Assembly (NCBI GenBank): GCA_043816165.1
Contig: JBDRIE010000037.1
Span: 1,890 to 65,889 of the forward strand
Source of the DNA: Nitrospirota bacterium
Lineage (GTDB): Bacteria; Patescibacteriota; Gracilibacteria; UBA1369; LOWO2-01-FULL-3
Direction of reading: 5' to 3'
DNA length: 64,000 nt
Of the stretch, positions 19,832-29,026 are shown one piece after another. Under the pieces are notes generated by a model. The model saw only the letters and a list, made by a program, of their open reading frames with translations, searched no databases and had not been told where the DNA came from. How positions within the stretch are numbered: position 1 is the stretch's first letter; the number at the start of each line of letters is the position of its first letter. The translations under genes were made by a program, and so were the position numbers.

Positions 19832-21058
19832 TTATTCTTCTTCGATTGCAAAAAGACTGTTAGCCATATATAGCATAATGTCTTTATATTCAGGATTCCC
19901 CGAGATCATAAAAGTCTTAGCTTCAAGGGTTGTATACACTGTATAAAGACTCCCGGACTGTACAACAGTCAACGTCTTTCCATCACCTGCGATAGTTGAT
20001 CCGGCTGGAACATCTCCGGAAATAACATCCAAAGAAATCAACTCATTATTGTCGGTTATCGGTTCATCGTTAAATCCGTAATGACGAATAACATCTGCAT
20101 TTCCGGATGACCCGGCATAATACCAACTGGCAGGGTACTTACCTGCAAACAAATGTGGCAAACTCTCAAAAGTTGCAAATTTCATATCCGGGACTGTCAT
20201 ATTCTCGTCAGTCTCATCAACTAAAGGTTCATCACTCTCATCGTCTCCAAAGTCCAGCTCCACATCCTCCTCTGCGTCTTCTGTATCAAAATCCTCATCT
20301 TCCACAGTAAATCCGGTAAATTTGAATTCTGACAACATTTCAGCGAAGTTGTTTCGAGTATCAGACTCAGTATTTTCGCTATAAAGCAGCTCAATTGTGT
20401 AGATAAAACCACTTCTATATACGTGATAAGTTTCACCACCAAGCACATCCACATACAAAGCATCCAAAGGAGTTGACCCGATTTTTCTGATAGTAGAGGC
20501 GAAATCATCCATCTCTACGTATGTTTTAGATGCATAGTCAAAAATAGCAGACCCTTCCTCTTCTCCTTCCGGAGTAACAACCGGTTCATATTGGAATAAT
20601 TCCTGCGAAATTTGAAAAGTGGACTCGTCAGGAGCTGTAAATTCTATCAAAGAATCGGTTTCTGTAACTTCATAATTGTCATAAACCGCTAATTGTACGC
20701 CAAAATCCGTATTTTTGAACTCAACCAACTCAGGATCCTTTTCTATCTCATGCAAAGCCTCGACTACAGAAATTCCGGTCACCTCAAACACTCCATCATC
20801 TTGATTCAAAAAACCAATCACTTGAACTCTATTTTCCAAATAATTATTGCTGGAAAGATTAACAGATAGGCTCCTGATCGGCGTATCAGCAATACCATCG
20901 TTAAGCAAATGAGTCCCTGCCACGGAATCATTAGTAGACTGTTCTGACAATATACCGGTCAAGGTTGTTAATTCAGGTTCATCTTTAAAAGCATCGTCAA
21001 TTCCACAACCCGCAACAAAAACAAGTAAAGCACCAAACACTAGAGCTAATTTTTTCAT
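19832..21058 (-). CDS. acidic lipoprotein, function unknown
   Basis: Signal peptide with lipobox (LLVFVAGCG). Asp/Glu-rich central region. No recognised domain. Confidence 0.65.
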   Translation of the reverse strand: MKKLALVFGALLVFVAGCGIDDAFKDEPELTTLTGILSEQSTNDSVAGTHLLNDGIADTPIRSLSVNLSSNNYLENRVQVIGFLNQDDGVFEVTGISVVEALHEIEKDPELVEFKNTDFGVQLAVYDNYEVTETDSLIEFTAPDESTFQISQELFQYEPVVTPEGEEEGSAIFDYASKTYVEMDDFASTIRKIGSTPLDALYVDVLGGETYHVYRSGFIYTIELLYSENTESDTRNNFAEMLSEFKFTGFTVEDEDFDTEDAEEDVELDFGDDESDEPLVDETDENMTVPDMKFATFESLPHLFAGKYPASWYYAGSSGNADVIRHYGFNDEPITDNNELISLDVISGDVPAGSTIAGDGKTLTVVQSGSLYTVYTTLEAKTFMISGNPEYKDIMLYMANSLFAIEEE

Positions 21059-21102
21059 ATATCAAATATTAAATTTAACAAACGCAATTATATAAAAGTA
21101 AA

Positions 21103-22116
21103 CTATCTTTGTAAACTAAGATGATCGACTGCCCGTTTGGTAGCAATTCGACCCCTGGACGTTCTCTCCAGAAATCCAAGTTGGATCAGAAAAGGCTCAT
21201 AAATATCTTCAACAGTTCCTTGTTCTTCACAAATGGCAGCGGCAAGGGTATTTAAACCCACCGGACCACCATCGAATTTATCGATAATAATAGATAAAAT
21301 CTCCCTGTCCGTCATGTCCAAGCCCAAATCGTCAATCCCCACCGCCTTAAGAGCCTCATTTACGATGTTTACGTCAATAATAGAGCCATTTTTTACATCT
21401 GCGAAATCTCGAACCCTTTTCAACAAGCGATTAGCTATTCTCGGAGTTTGTCTACATGATTTCGAAAGGATGTTAGCCATTTTTTCATCTATATTGCATT
21501 CCAAAATACCTGCTGATCTCAAAATAATATTCTTTATGTCTTCATTTGTATAAAATTGAAGTTTAAAAACATTTCCAAATCTGGACCTCAAAGGAGCAGA
21601 TAGCATATTCATCTTTGTTGTCGCGCCAATCAATGTAAATTTTGGGAGATTAATACGCATATTTCGCGCTGAGGGGCCTTTTCCAATAATAATATCAATC
21701 CCAAAATCCTCCATTGCCGTGTAAAGAACCTCTTCCACAACAGGTTTCAAGCGATGTATTTCATCAATAAATAAAATATCATTTTCTTGTAAATTTGAAA
21801 TTATTGAAGCCACATCTCCTTGTTTTTCCAGAGCAGGGCCTGATGTAACCTTCATACTTGACCCTATTTCTTTTGATATAATGCCCGCCAATGTGGTTTT
21901 TCCAAGACCGGGAGCTCCATGCAATAAAATATGATCCAATGAGTCATTTCGCTTCTTTGCCGCTTTGATGGAAATATTTAGATTACCTTTTATCACTTTT
22001 TGCCCAATATACTCATCAAACGATTTCGGGCGAAGAGTATTTTCAAATTGCGAACTGCTATTATTCGCAAGAGGGGATAGAACCTTTTCGGCTTTTTCTT
22101 TATTACTTTCGATCAT
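21103..22116 (-). CDS. ruvB: Holliday junction branch migration helicase RuvB
   Basis: LRPKSFDEYIGQ, GPPGLGKTT-like Walker A (GAPGLGKTT), DEIHRL. ATG 22116 preferred, giving a 14-nt overlap with the upstream gene. Confidence 0.9.
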   Translation of the reverse strand: MIESNKEKAEKVLSPLANNSSSQFENTLRPKSFDEYIGQKVIKGNLNISIKAAKKRNDSLDHILLHGAPGLGKTTLAGIISKEIGSSMKVTSGPALEKQGDVASIISNLQENDILFIDEIHRLKPVVEEVLYTAMEDFGIDIIIGKGPSARNMRINLPKFTLIGATTKMNMLSAPLRSRFGNVFKLQFYTNEDIKNIILRSAGILECNIDEKMANILSKSCRQTPRIANRLLKRVRDFADVKNGSIIDVNIVNEALKAVGIDDLGLDMTDREILSIIIDKFDGGPVGLNTLAAAICEEQGTVEDIYEPFLIQLGFLERTSRGRIATKRAVDHLSLQR

Positions 22117-22594
22117 GTAAATTTCTCGTTGAAAAAATATAATTTCTAACGCCTTCCGGATCAGGTGCGTCTTTGAATTCAATTGTGACGTAAGAACTCG
22201 GAGTATCTAATCGGAGTAAACCATAATCAAAAATCCAAAACCTGGACAAGATTCCTTTTTCTTCCGTCTGTACATCTTGAATATCTTTCAAAAAAGCCTC
22301 TGCCTCGTCTCTTACAGTCAGATATTTCCAATCTATATGGATTATCCTTTCATTAGTAATAATTACTTTATCCAACCAATAAATAAGAGAAACGTATATC
22401 AAAACCAAAGTAAACAGCGTAAATACCATCAAGTGCAAAATAACAGCCCATTTCGTAGATAAAACCGGGCTAAACAAAAACAACATCAAGAAAAATGGAA
22501 AACTACCAAGTATAACCTTTAAAACATCCAATACAAAAGGCGTTGGATGATGATGTATGACTTTAATAATTCGTTCCCCTTCACGTAATCGCAT
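22103..22594 (-). CDS. membrane protein with bacterial PH (YdbT/DUF304-like) domain
   Basis: Two TM helices followed by a PH-like region (ITNERIIHIDWKYL...). Confidence 0.55.
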   Translation of the reverse strand: MRLREGERIIKVIHHHPTPFVLDVLKVILGSFPFFLMLFLFSPVLSTKWAVILHLMVFTLFTLVLIYVSLIYWLDKVIITNERIIHIDWKYLTVRDEAEAFLKDIQDVQTEEKGILSRFWIFDYGLLRLDTPSSYVTIEFKDAPDPEGVRNYIFSTRNLHDRK

Positions 22595-22614
22595 AATAAT
22601 TGTAGAATATAACC

Positions 22615-23355
22615 ATGAAAAAGTATTTTCAAGCGCCCTGGAACACCAAGGACATTATTATAACCATATTAGTTGTAATTGGTCTACTCGGAATCTCTCT
22701 TTATGCGATGGATGTTTTTAATGTTAAGGAATTTATCGAAGGCTCAAAGAGCAGAGGACTATGGTTATTGCTTGTATTTGTGTTCCAATGGGTATTGATT
22801 GCGGCTCCAATATTGGTGCTTACAGGAATAAAATACAAGTTTAGCTTCAAGAATTTTGGAATAAATAAGGTAAGCGTTTGGAATATTATAAAACTGGTGG
22901 CTTCAGGATATTTATTATTTTTGGGAATCTCTTTCATAGTATATTTATTAACATTATATACAGACATCAGAATCCCGGGATATCAAGTCCAGGAGCGGAT
23001 ATTGCCTTTATTTGGCGATAATGTTTTAGCCCTAATAATTTCAGGAGTATTGATAATTGCTGTGGCACCGGTTATAGAAGAAGTCTTCTTTAGAGGATTT
23101 TTGTTGCGATCGTTGTCAAATAAAATGGGTATTTTTTATGGGAGCATACTTACAGCTCTCATATTCGCACTACTACATTTACAGCCGAGCTCAATCATCC
23201 CTGTATTTATACTTGGATTGATCATAAATTCACTTGTAATCAAGAGTAAATCGATAATTCCCGCCATCGCATTCCACGCTTTCAACAATGCAGTAGCCTT
23301 CACTATCGAGTTATTGATCCTAAAAGAAGTTGTAAAAATTGAAGAAATAGTATAG
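22615..23355 (+). CDS. CPBP family intramembrane glutamic endopeptidase (CAAX protease-like)
   Basis: EEVFFRGFL, LLHL and FHAFNN motifs in a polytopic membrane protein. Confidence 0.8.
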   Translation: MKKYFQAPWNTKDIIITILVVIGLLGISLYAMDVFNVKEFIEGSKSRGLWLLLVFVFQWVLIAAPILVLTGIKYKFSFKNFGINKVSVWNIIKLVASGYLLFLGISFIVYLLTLYTDIRIPGYQVQERILPLFGDNVLALIISGVLIIAVAPVIEEVFFRGFLLRSLSNKMGIFYGSILTALIFALLHLQPSSIIPVFILGLIINSLVIKSKSIIPAIAFHAFNNAVAFTIELLILKEVVKIEEIV

Positions 23356-23379
23356 AAATTTAGCAATATAAACAATTAT

Positions 23380-23456
23380 GCCCGAGTAGCTCAGCTGGAT
23401 AGAGCAGCGCCCTTCTAAGGCGAAGGTCACAGGTTCAAATCCTGTCTCGGGTACCA
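23380..23456 (+). tRNA. tRNA-Arg (anticodon TCT), CCA encoded
   Basis: Manual cloverleaf: acceptor GCCCGAG/CTCGGGT, D arm GCTC..GAGC, anticodon loop CTTCTAA, T arm ACAGG-TTCAAAT-CCTGT. Confidence 0.9.
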
Positions 23457-23677
23457 TACGCGAGGCTTGCCGAAGGCAAACGTAGAGTCTTTGAAATCCC
23501 AAAACAAAGAGTTGACAAAAAAGGAAGAATATGGTTAAATTCAATGCTTTGTTCCTTGAAAATTTGTACTTATTTTAGTTGATAAAAAGGTGGAGTGAAC
23601 GGAAAATTTACTCTGCTTGGTTCGTTTCCCAAATGGAGAAGCGAATCACAGAATACAAACTCACAGAGGAGGAATCT

Positions 23678-23917
23678 ATGCACTTGAGCATTATTGCGTC
23701 CGCTGACCAAGCGTCAGCCTATTCACTCGGGCATCAGTTCTTGCTGATGTTCGTGATCATCTGTTTAGCGGGGATCTTGGTTTTAGGACTTGTTGTCTAT
23801 GGGATCGTGCCCATGATCAAGAACAACCGTTTGACCTTTCGCAAGGAGTCTCACGAACGCTTGCCGCACAGACCCAACGTCCGACGCATCCCGCGTCCAC
23901 GTGACCAACGGTACTAG
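23678..23917 (+). CDS. small single-pass membrane protein with Arg/Pro-rich tail, in a GC-elevated segment
   Basis: GAGGAGG sits 5 nt before ATG 23678. TM helix FLLMFVIICLAGILVLGLVVYGIVPMI, then ...RPNVRRIPRPRDQRY. The longer TTG-initiated ORF from 23579 lacks an RBS. Confidence 0.5.
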   Translation: MHLSIIASADQASAYSLGHQFLLMFVIICLAGILVLGLVVYGIVPMIKNNRLTFRKESHERLPHRPNVRRIPRPRDQRY

Positions 23918-23920
23918 AGG

Positions 23921-24004
23921 ATGCCGGGAATCACTGAGATCATCGTCGTAGTCGCTATCATAGCGATCGTACTGACCGCATCATTCCTCAAAAAAAAGAG
24001 GTAA
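23921..24004 (+). CDS. candidate 27-aa hydrophobic peptide (MPGITEIIVVVAIIAIVLTASFLKKKR)
   Basis: ATG lies 3 nt after the upstream stop. One TM helix plus a KKKR tail. It is below the ORF-track length cutoff, and its SD-like AGAGG is too close to the ATG for comfort. Confidence 0.3.
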   Translation: MPGITEIIVVVAIIAIVLTASFLKKKR

Positions 24005-24094
24005 CACACGAAACACATGCCCTTCCACGGTGCCAAGTAACGTCAATCCCTCCCAACGTTCACTCCCGCACCTTTTTGTTAACTATTGCAATGA

Positions 24095-24118
24095 AGAACA
24101 CTTGAAAGTGTTCTTTTT
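24095..24118 (+). terminator. Rho-independent terminator closing the tRNA-Arg-adjacent mini-island
   Basis: Stem AGAACACT/AGTGTTCT, loop TGAA, followed by TTTT. Confidence 0.7.
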
Positions 24119-24155
24119 GTGTTATAATCCAAAATGAAAATTTTAACCAAATATC

Positions 24156-25358
24156 ATGGAGAAAAAAACAAAATCAATTCTAATTATAATCGTTATATTA
24201 GCCTTGGCAGCCGGCGCGGCTTATTATTTTTATTACAGAGGACTCGAGGCAGAACCACCATCACTTGAAAGCATGAGCACAACATTCCAGGGCAGTACAA
24301 AAGACAAAAACAAGTTCTCGTGGAGCAAAGACCAAATTGCATCCTTCGAAGGCATAGGTAATGAAAATAAGCTGGAAGAGGGCTTGAACTGGAGATATTT
24401 TGACAAAAAAATAACAACATCAGAATTATTCCTGGAAAGAATAGTACCAATCGAGAACGGCTGGGCAAAGGCTCTGGTCTATAATTCGATAGAAAACGAA
24501 TGTATAGAAGGGGAAGCGGGTTTTGTAGAAATATACAAAGCTGACGATAGAGGAATTAATGATTTTTGTCCGTTAGCAATCACGGTATCCGGTGAAACTT
24601 TTTTCCATGGGGGGCTAAATCCTGAAGATTACGCGGATTTTGATAGAATCGCAGGGAATCTTTCCAAAATAAAAGAAAAAATTACAGAAGACACTTGGGT
24701 ACTAATTCCATTACCAAAAGACTACAACGAATTACAATCAACAACGAACTATTATTTCTTAAACGGACCAAATTCTGATCAATTAAGTTCTCAGGCAAAA
24801 GTAGAAGGCGCAAATCTGGCATGGGTGAAAGTGAAATCAACAGTTTTTGAAGACGAAATAGTTGCGATTCTTAAGCAAAATATGGACGAAACCCATTATT
24901 TAATCGATGAAGTTTCATTAGCAAACAGCAACGAAATAACAATGGTTATAAAAGGAAGAATAGACACAGAATGGTCAAAAGATGTGGATAATGGAATATT
25001 GGCGCAAACAGATGCAGGACACAAAATATATTGGGCGGGCCAAAAAGGTAAAATACGAGCTACATTTAAATTCGAAGATGGTAAGAATTTCTTTGTTGAC
25101 GCATCTGACGTGAATTACTACACAACGGATGAAGACCAAGTCATAGTTGCTGTATATGATGGACAAACAATGTATCTCTACAGAGACGGAGAACTGCTGG
25201 ATTCTAGAAAGATTGGAAGAAATTTAAAAACATCAACCGGCCCAACTTCTATAGGAGCATCTCCTGAAGGGGAGAATTATTTCAAAGGTTACCTAAAAGA
25301 AGTCTCGATCTACAACAGAGCATTTACACCTGAAGAAGTTGCAGCAATCAAGTATTAG
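24156..25358 (+). CDS. membrane-anchored LamG/concanavalin-A-like lectin domain protein
   Basis: N-terminal TM helix. C-terminal pattern VAVYDGQTMYLYRDGELL...FKGYLKEVSIYNRAFTPEEV is typical of Laminin_G_3. An extended -10 (TGT-TATAAT, 24120-24128) lies upstream. Confidence 0.65.
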   Translation: MEKKTKSILIIIVILALAAGAAYYFYYRGLEAEPPSLESMSTTFQGSTKDKNKFSWSKDQIASFEGIGNENKLEEGLNWRYFDKKITTSELFLERIVPIENGWAKALVYNSIENECIEGEAGFVEIYKADDRGINDFCPLAITVSGETFFHGGLNPEDYADFDRIAGNLSKIKEKITEDTWVLIPLPKDYNELQSTTNYYFLNGPNSDQLSSQAKVEGANLAWVKVKSTVFEDEIVAILKQNMDETHYLIDEVSLANSNEITMVIKGRIDTEWSKDVDNGILAQTDAGHKIYWAGQKGKIRATFKFEDGKNFFVDASDVNYYTTDEDQVIVAVYDGQTMYLYRDGELLDSRKIGRNLKTSTGPTSIGASPEGENYFKGYLKEVSIYNRAFTPEEVAAIKY

Positions 25359-25361
25359 AAA

Positions 25362-27179
25362 TTATTTCATCACCTGCATCAATTTGTAGATGGCATAAGC
25401 CACTTCACCACGGCTCATCCCTTTGTCAGGTTCTAAATATGTTATGCTGGAATTAATAATCCCAAGTTCCTTAGCGTAAGCAATATATGGAGCGTACCAT
25501 TCAGTCTTTAGCACGTCTTTGTATGGGTTTTTAGATACCTCAGGATTCACATCAACACCCATCCCGTTAAATAAAATTTTATAAAATTCGGCTTTATTTA
25601 CAGTATTCGCCGGCTTGAAAGTTCCATCAGAATATCCATTCACAACTCCATTGTTATATGCTGTATAAAGATATCCGCCATACCATTGCGACTTATCTGT
25701 ATCTGAAAATGGCAAATTTCCATTTGAAATTTCTTGTTTCAATCCTTCAAAAATAAACTTAATAGCTTCAACTCGGCTCACAGTCTGATCAGGTCTGAAT
25801 GTCCCATCAGGATAACCGGCAACTACACCTTCAGTTACTAAATAATTAACTGCCGAATAATACTCATGACTTTCTGATAAATCAGAGAAGACTACAGTGA
25901 CTTCATTTCCAACAATATCAAACCAATCTGAATGATACGATTCACCATTATATTCTATAATAAATCTGTCTCTACCTTCACTCAAACGGCTAAATTCACC
26001 AATCAAATTCCCAACATTACCAAAATCAATATTTCTTACAATAGAAGGTTTTGGAGTAAACAGACCATTGTCAGATTTAATGATTATTTCTCCCTCAAAT
26101 CCATCTTTGTAAGCATTGTCATACTGATCTCTCAAAAGAATCGTAAATTCACCATCTTGCCCCTCATAATAGACTGAAGAAACAGCATAATCGAACTGCA
26201 ATACAGGTGGGTCCGGAATTACCTCGACCTCCTCAACAACCTCCTCTTCCTCAACGACCTCCTCCTCAACAACCTCCTCCTCATCAACTTCTGGAACATA
26301 CGAATCCGTTGAAACATTTCCATCTAAATACTTTTGGACATATTTCATTGAATTAACCGTTGTCGAGAGCGCATCACTTTGCCCCAAGCCTTCGTTTACA
26401 GCCGAAAAGAAGTCTAAACCGGCATCAGAAGCTTCCTGCCATGTAAATGGCCAATAAGGATGCCAAGGCGCAGAATCATTATCGATCTGGAAATGTAAAT
26501 GAGGTGTGGTCGCAGTACCCGTGTCACCGGACAAAGCAATTTTATCACCTTTTACTACAACATCACCTTCAGATACCAAAAGACTTCCCAAGTGACTATA
26601 AGATGAAAACAAAGTTTCATTAGCATTCGGATCATTCAAAGAAGGAAAATTATTATGCTGAATGACTACATGATTACCAAACCCGGAAGTTTGATTAACA
26701 GCCTTCACCACAGTTCCATTTGCAATAGAATAAATCGGAGTTCCGTTTGGAACCTTTATATCTACGGCAGGGTGTGAGCCGGCATTTTCATAACCATCCA
26801 ATAAATAATTTCCCATATACACAACTGGATACGTAATTTTCGCATTTCTAATAACATCATCCGAAGCATCACCCCATTCCAAGTTGTCCGCACTTGTCTT
26901 TAGTTGATCAGGATCGTAATAAGGAATACTCACAAGGTCTCCACTATTCATAGCACCATAAGAATAATCCCATTCATCAGAGTCCATAGCCATCCAATCA
27001 GGCACTTGTTGTATAGGATAAACAGTCCCGTCAAACGGCTCGTGTTCAGGATAACCAATAATACTTGTTCGAAGTAAATAAGAAATATCTCCTGCCAAAA
27101 ATGACGATGTAAAAATCACAGAAAGTATCAAAATCAACAGCGCAAGCCGTCCACCACTATGTTTTAGGAACTTTTTCAT
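25362..27179 (-). CDS. M23 (LytM-type) peptidase with three C-terminal SLH domains
   Basis: HPAVDI, GDTGTATTPHLHFQI and an E/V acidic linker (coded at 26221-26288). Three SLH-like repeats (YPDGTFRPDQTVSRVEA, YSDGTFKPANTVNKAEF...). Confidence 0.8.
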   Translation of the reverse strand: MKKFLKHSGGRLALLILILSVIFTSSFLAGDISYLLRTSIIGYPEHEPFDGTVYPIQQVPDWMAMDSDEWDYSYGAMNSGDLVSIPYYDPDQLKTSADNLEWGDASDDVIRNAKITYPVVYMGNYLLDGYENAGSHPAVDIKVPNGTPIYSIANGTVVKAVNQTSGFGNHVVIQHNNFPSLNDPNANETLFSSYSHLGSLLVSEGDVVVKGDKIALSGDTGTATTPHLHFQIDNDSAPWHPYWPFTWQEASDAGLDFFSAVNEGLGQSDALSTTVNSMKYVQKYLDGNVSTDSYVPEVDEEEVVEEEVVEEEEVVEEVEVIPDPPVLQFDYAVSSVYYEGQDGEFTILLRDQYDNAYKDGFEGEIIIKSDNGLFTPKPSIVRNIDFGNVGNLIGEFSRLSEGRDRFIIEYNGESYHSDWFDIVGNEVTVVFSDLSESHEYYSAVNYLVTEGVVAGYPDGTFRPDQTVSRVEAIKFIFEGLKQEISNGNLPFSDTDKSQWYGGYLYTAYNNGVVNGYSDGTFKPANTVNKAEFYKILFNGMGVDVNPEVSKNPYKDVLKTEWYAPYIAYAKELGIINSSITYLEPDKGMSRGEVAYAIYKLMQVMK

Positions 27180-27217
27180 TTTTATTATTTGTTTTTATTT
27201 TAAAAAAAGATTATAAA

Positions 27218-27226
27218 ATTATACCA
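27218..27226 (-). promoter_or_regulatory. extended -10 (TGGTATAAT) for the M23/SLH gene
   Basis: The reverse complement of attatacca. The same 9-mer occurs at 28951-28959 and 53765-53773, each in front of a minus-strand gene with an A-rich leader lacking an SD. Confidence 0.5.
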
Positions 27227-27251
27227 AATATAGCCAAAAAAATCAATCACC

Positions 27252-27668
27252 ATGCCAATTACCAATAGTGAGGAAGAAACACTAAAATTTGCAGACGAAA
27301 TAGCCGAAAAAGTAGAGAACGGTGGGGTAATTTGCATGTTTGGAGATTTAGGAACCGGCAAAACAACTTTGGCTAAAGGAATTGCCAAGTATTTCGGACT
27401 CGAAGAAATGACCATAAAAAGCCCCACCTACGCATTTATACGAAAGCACGAAGCGCATGACCGAAACATTTACCATATCGATTTGTATCGCCTAAACCAT
27501 ATTGATGAACTTTTACTTCAAGAAATTGAGGAACTAATTGAAAATCCAAAAAATATAATCATTATCGAATGGGCAGACAGGATGGAAAAATATTTACCTG
27601 AACACAGAATCAACATTTATCTGGAATATATAGATGAAAAAAGACGAAATATTAGAAGTACGAGTTGA
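27252..27668 (+). CDS. tsaE: tRNA t6A37 biosynthesis protein TsaE
   Basis: GDLGTGKTTLAKGIAK P-loop. 138 aa. Confidence 0.85.
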   Translation: MPITNSEEETLKFADEIAEKVENGGVICMFGDLGTGKTTLAKGIAKYFGLEEMTIKSPTYAFIRKHEAHDRNIYHIDLYRLNHIDELLLQEIEELIENPKNIIIIEWADRMEKYLPEHRINIYLEYIDEKRRNIRSTS

Positions 27669-28920
27669 TAGAAGCCAAAGTTGATGGACCTACTCGACCT
27701 GCACCATGGTCGTCAACACTGGAAATAATTTGTTGATCCAATTGGAACGCCAATAGTGCCTCTTGTGTTTGTGGACCAAAGTAATCCGTCATCAGAACTC
27801 CAGCAAAATACCCATTTTCCCTCAAAAATTGTTGTAATTTCACAACTTCAGGGCTTACTAATCCGTAATCCATCTCATTCACTAGATATTTTTGAGCCAC
27901 CGCTTTTTCTTCAGCAACCTCAGGCACCTCAACAACCTCAGCCATCTCAGCTACTTCAGCTATCAAAACACTTTCTTCCGATTTTTCCTTTGTAACTGTA
28001 GCTACAAGTACATTTGTATAATTTCTGGTTGTTATAATCTCATTCAATCTGTCTTTTGTTTTTGGACCAAAAATTCCTACTCCCAAAGATGATGCATCCG
28101 CTACTAATCCTTGTGATTGCTGGAATTTGAAGACTGCGTGTTTCGTAAGTTCATCATATATACCGTGAATAGCCCCCTTGTAATAATTTAATTGATTTAG
28201 CTCTGTCTGTAGTGAAGCCACGGCGTCGCCTTGATCTCCAAACTGCAAAGTTAATCCCAGTTTTTCTGATAATTCAACATCAATCGCAGGCTCCTCCATG
28301 ACCGGAGGCGCGACTTCTATGTGATCGGTAACATCATATATTTCCGGCTCTCTTTCTTCTATATATGAACAATCTTGTGGAAACGCCTCTGATGCAGAGT
28401 AATTTGTTAATGAAATTTCTTCAGCTATCGCTGAATTTACTCCATAAACTGTTACGTCAACATTTCTTTTCCCCCAATTCAGAGCTCTTTGCAGTCCAAT
28501 ATCTCCATAACCCATCCAAATATCCAGTCTGTCATACACACCATTTTCTCCACTATTTTCGACAATTGCTCCTCCACGATCATGAACTGCTACTGTACCA
28601 ACTCCCGGGATATACATCTTGGTTCCAAATGAGTAAGATTTCGGCGCCGCTATCATACCTGGATATACCGGAGTACCATCTGCGCCATTCGTACCATTAC
28701 CATTCAGACGAATATCTCCTTTATAAGTTCCTGTCGTATATTTTGCCTGACATGGTAGTGGAGAATAGTAAGCGGAAATGGTAAATGTTTTGGTATACAC
28801 ACCATCAAGTTCATTCGCCTCAGCTATACTTGGAGGTGTAGAAGGTCCAATTGAAATCAAAACCAGTGTAAAGACCGCGAATGCAAACAGCCGTCTTTTT
28901 AGATGTTTTGGTAGATTCAT
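27652..28920 (-). CDS. secreted 3D-domain (MltA/RlpA-like fold) protein with two PG_binding_1 domains
   Basis: YYSPLPCQ..YKGD..LNGNGTNGADGT..GMIAAP..VHDRGGAI (3D domain). GDQGDAVASLQTELNQLNYY and a second PG-binding repeat. An A/E/V acidic linker between them. Confidence 0.75.
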   Translation of the reverse strand: MNLPKHLKRRLFAFAVFTLVLISIGPSTPPSIAEANELDGVYTKTFTISAYYSPLPCQAKYTTGTYKGDIRLNGNGTNGADGTPVYPGMIAAPKSYSFGTKMYIPGVGTVAVHDRGGAIVENSGENGVYDRLDIWMGYGDIGLQRALNWGKRNVDVTVYGVNSAIAEEISLTNYSASEAFPQDCSYIEEREPEIYDVTDHIEVAPPVMEEPAIDVELSEKLGLTLQFGDQGDAVASLQTELNQLNYYKGAIHGIYDELTKHAVFKFQQSQGLVADASSLGVGIFGPKTKDRLNEIITTRNYTNVLVATVTKEKSEESVLIAEVAEMAEVVEVPEVAEEKAVAQKYLVNEMDYGLVSPEVVKLQQFLRENGYFAGVLMTDYFGPQTQEALLAFQLDQQIISSVDDHGAGRVGPSTLASINSYF

Positions 28921-28950
28921 TTGTTTTTATTTTTATTTTTAAATCACAAA

Positions 28951-28961
28951 ATTATACCACA
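28951..28961 (-). promoter_or_regulatory. extended -10 (TGTGGTATAAT) for the 3D-domain gene
   Basis: The reverse complement of attataccaca, about 31 nt upstream of ATG 28920. Confidence 0.5.
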
Positions 28962-29026
28962 AAACGGGAGCCAAATGGGAAAACAACACTTGCCAAAAGA
29001 AAAGGAAGGTTATTTAATCATTTTTA

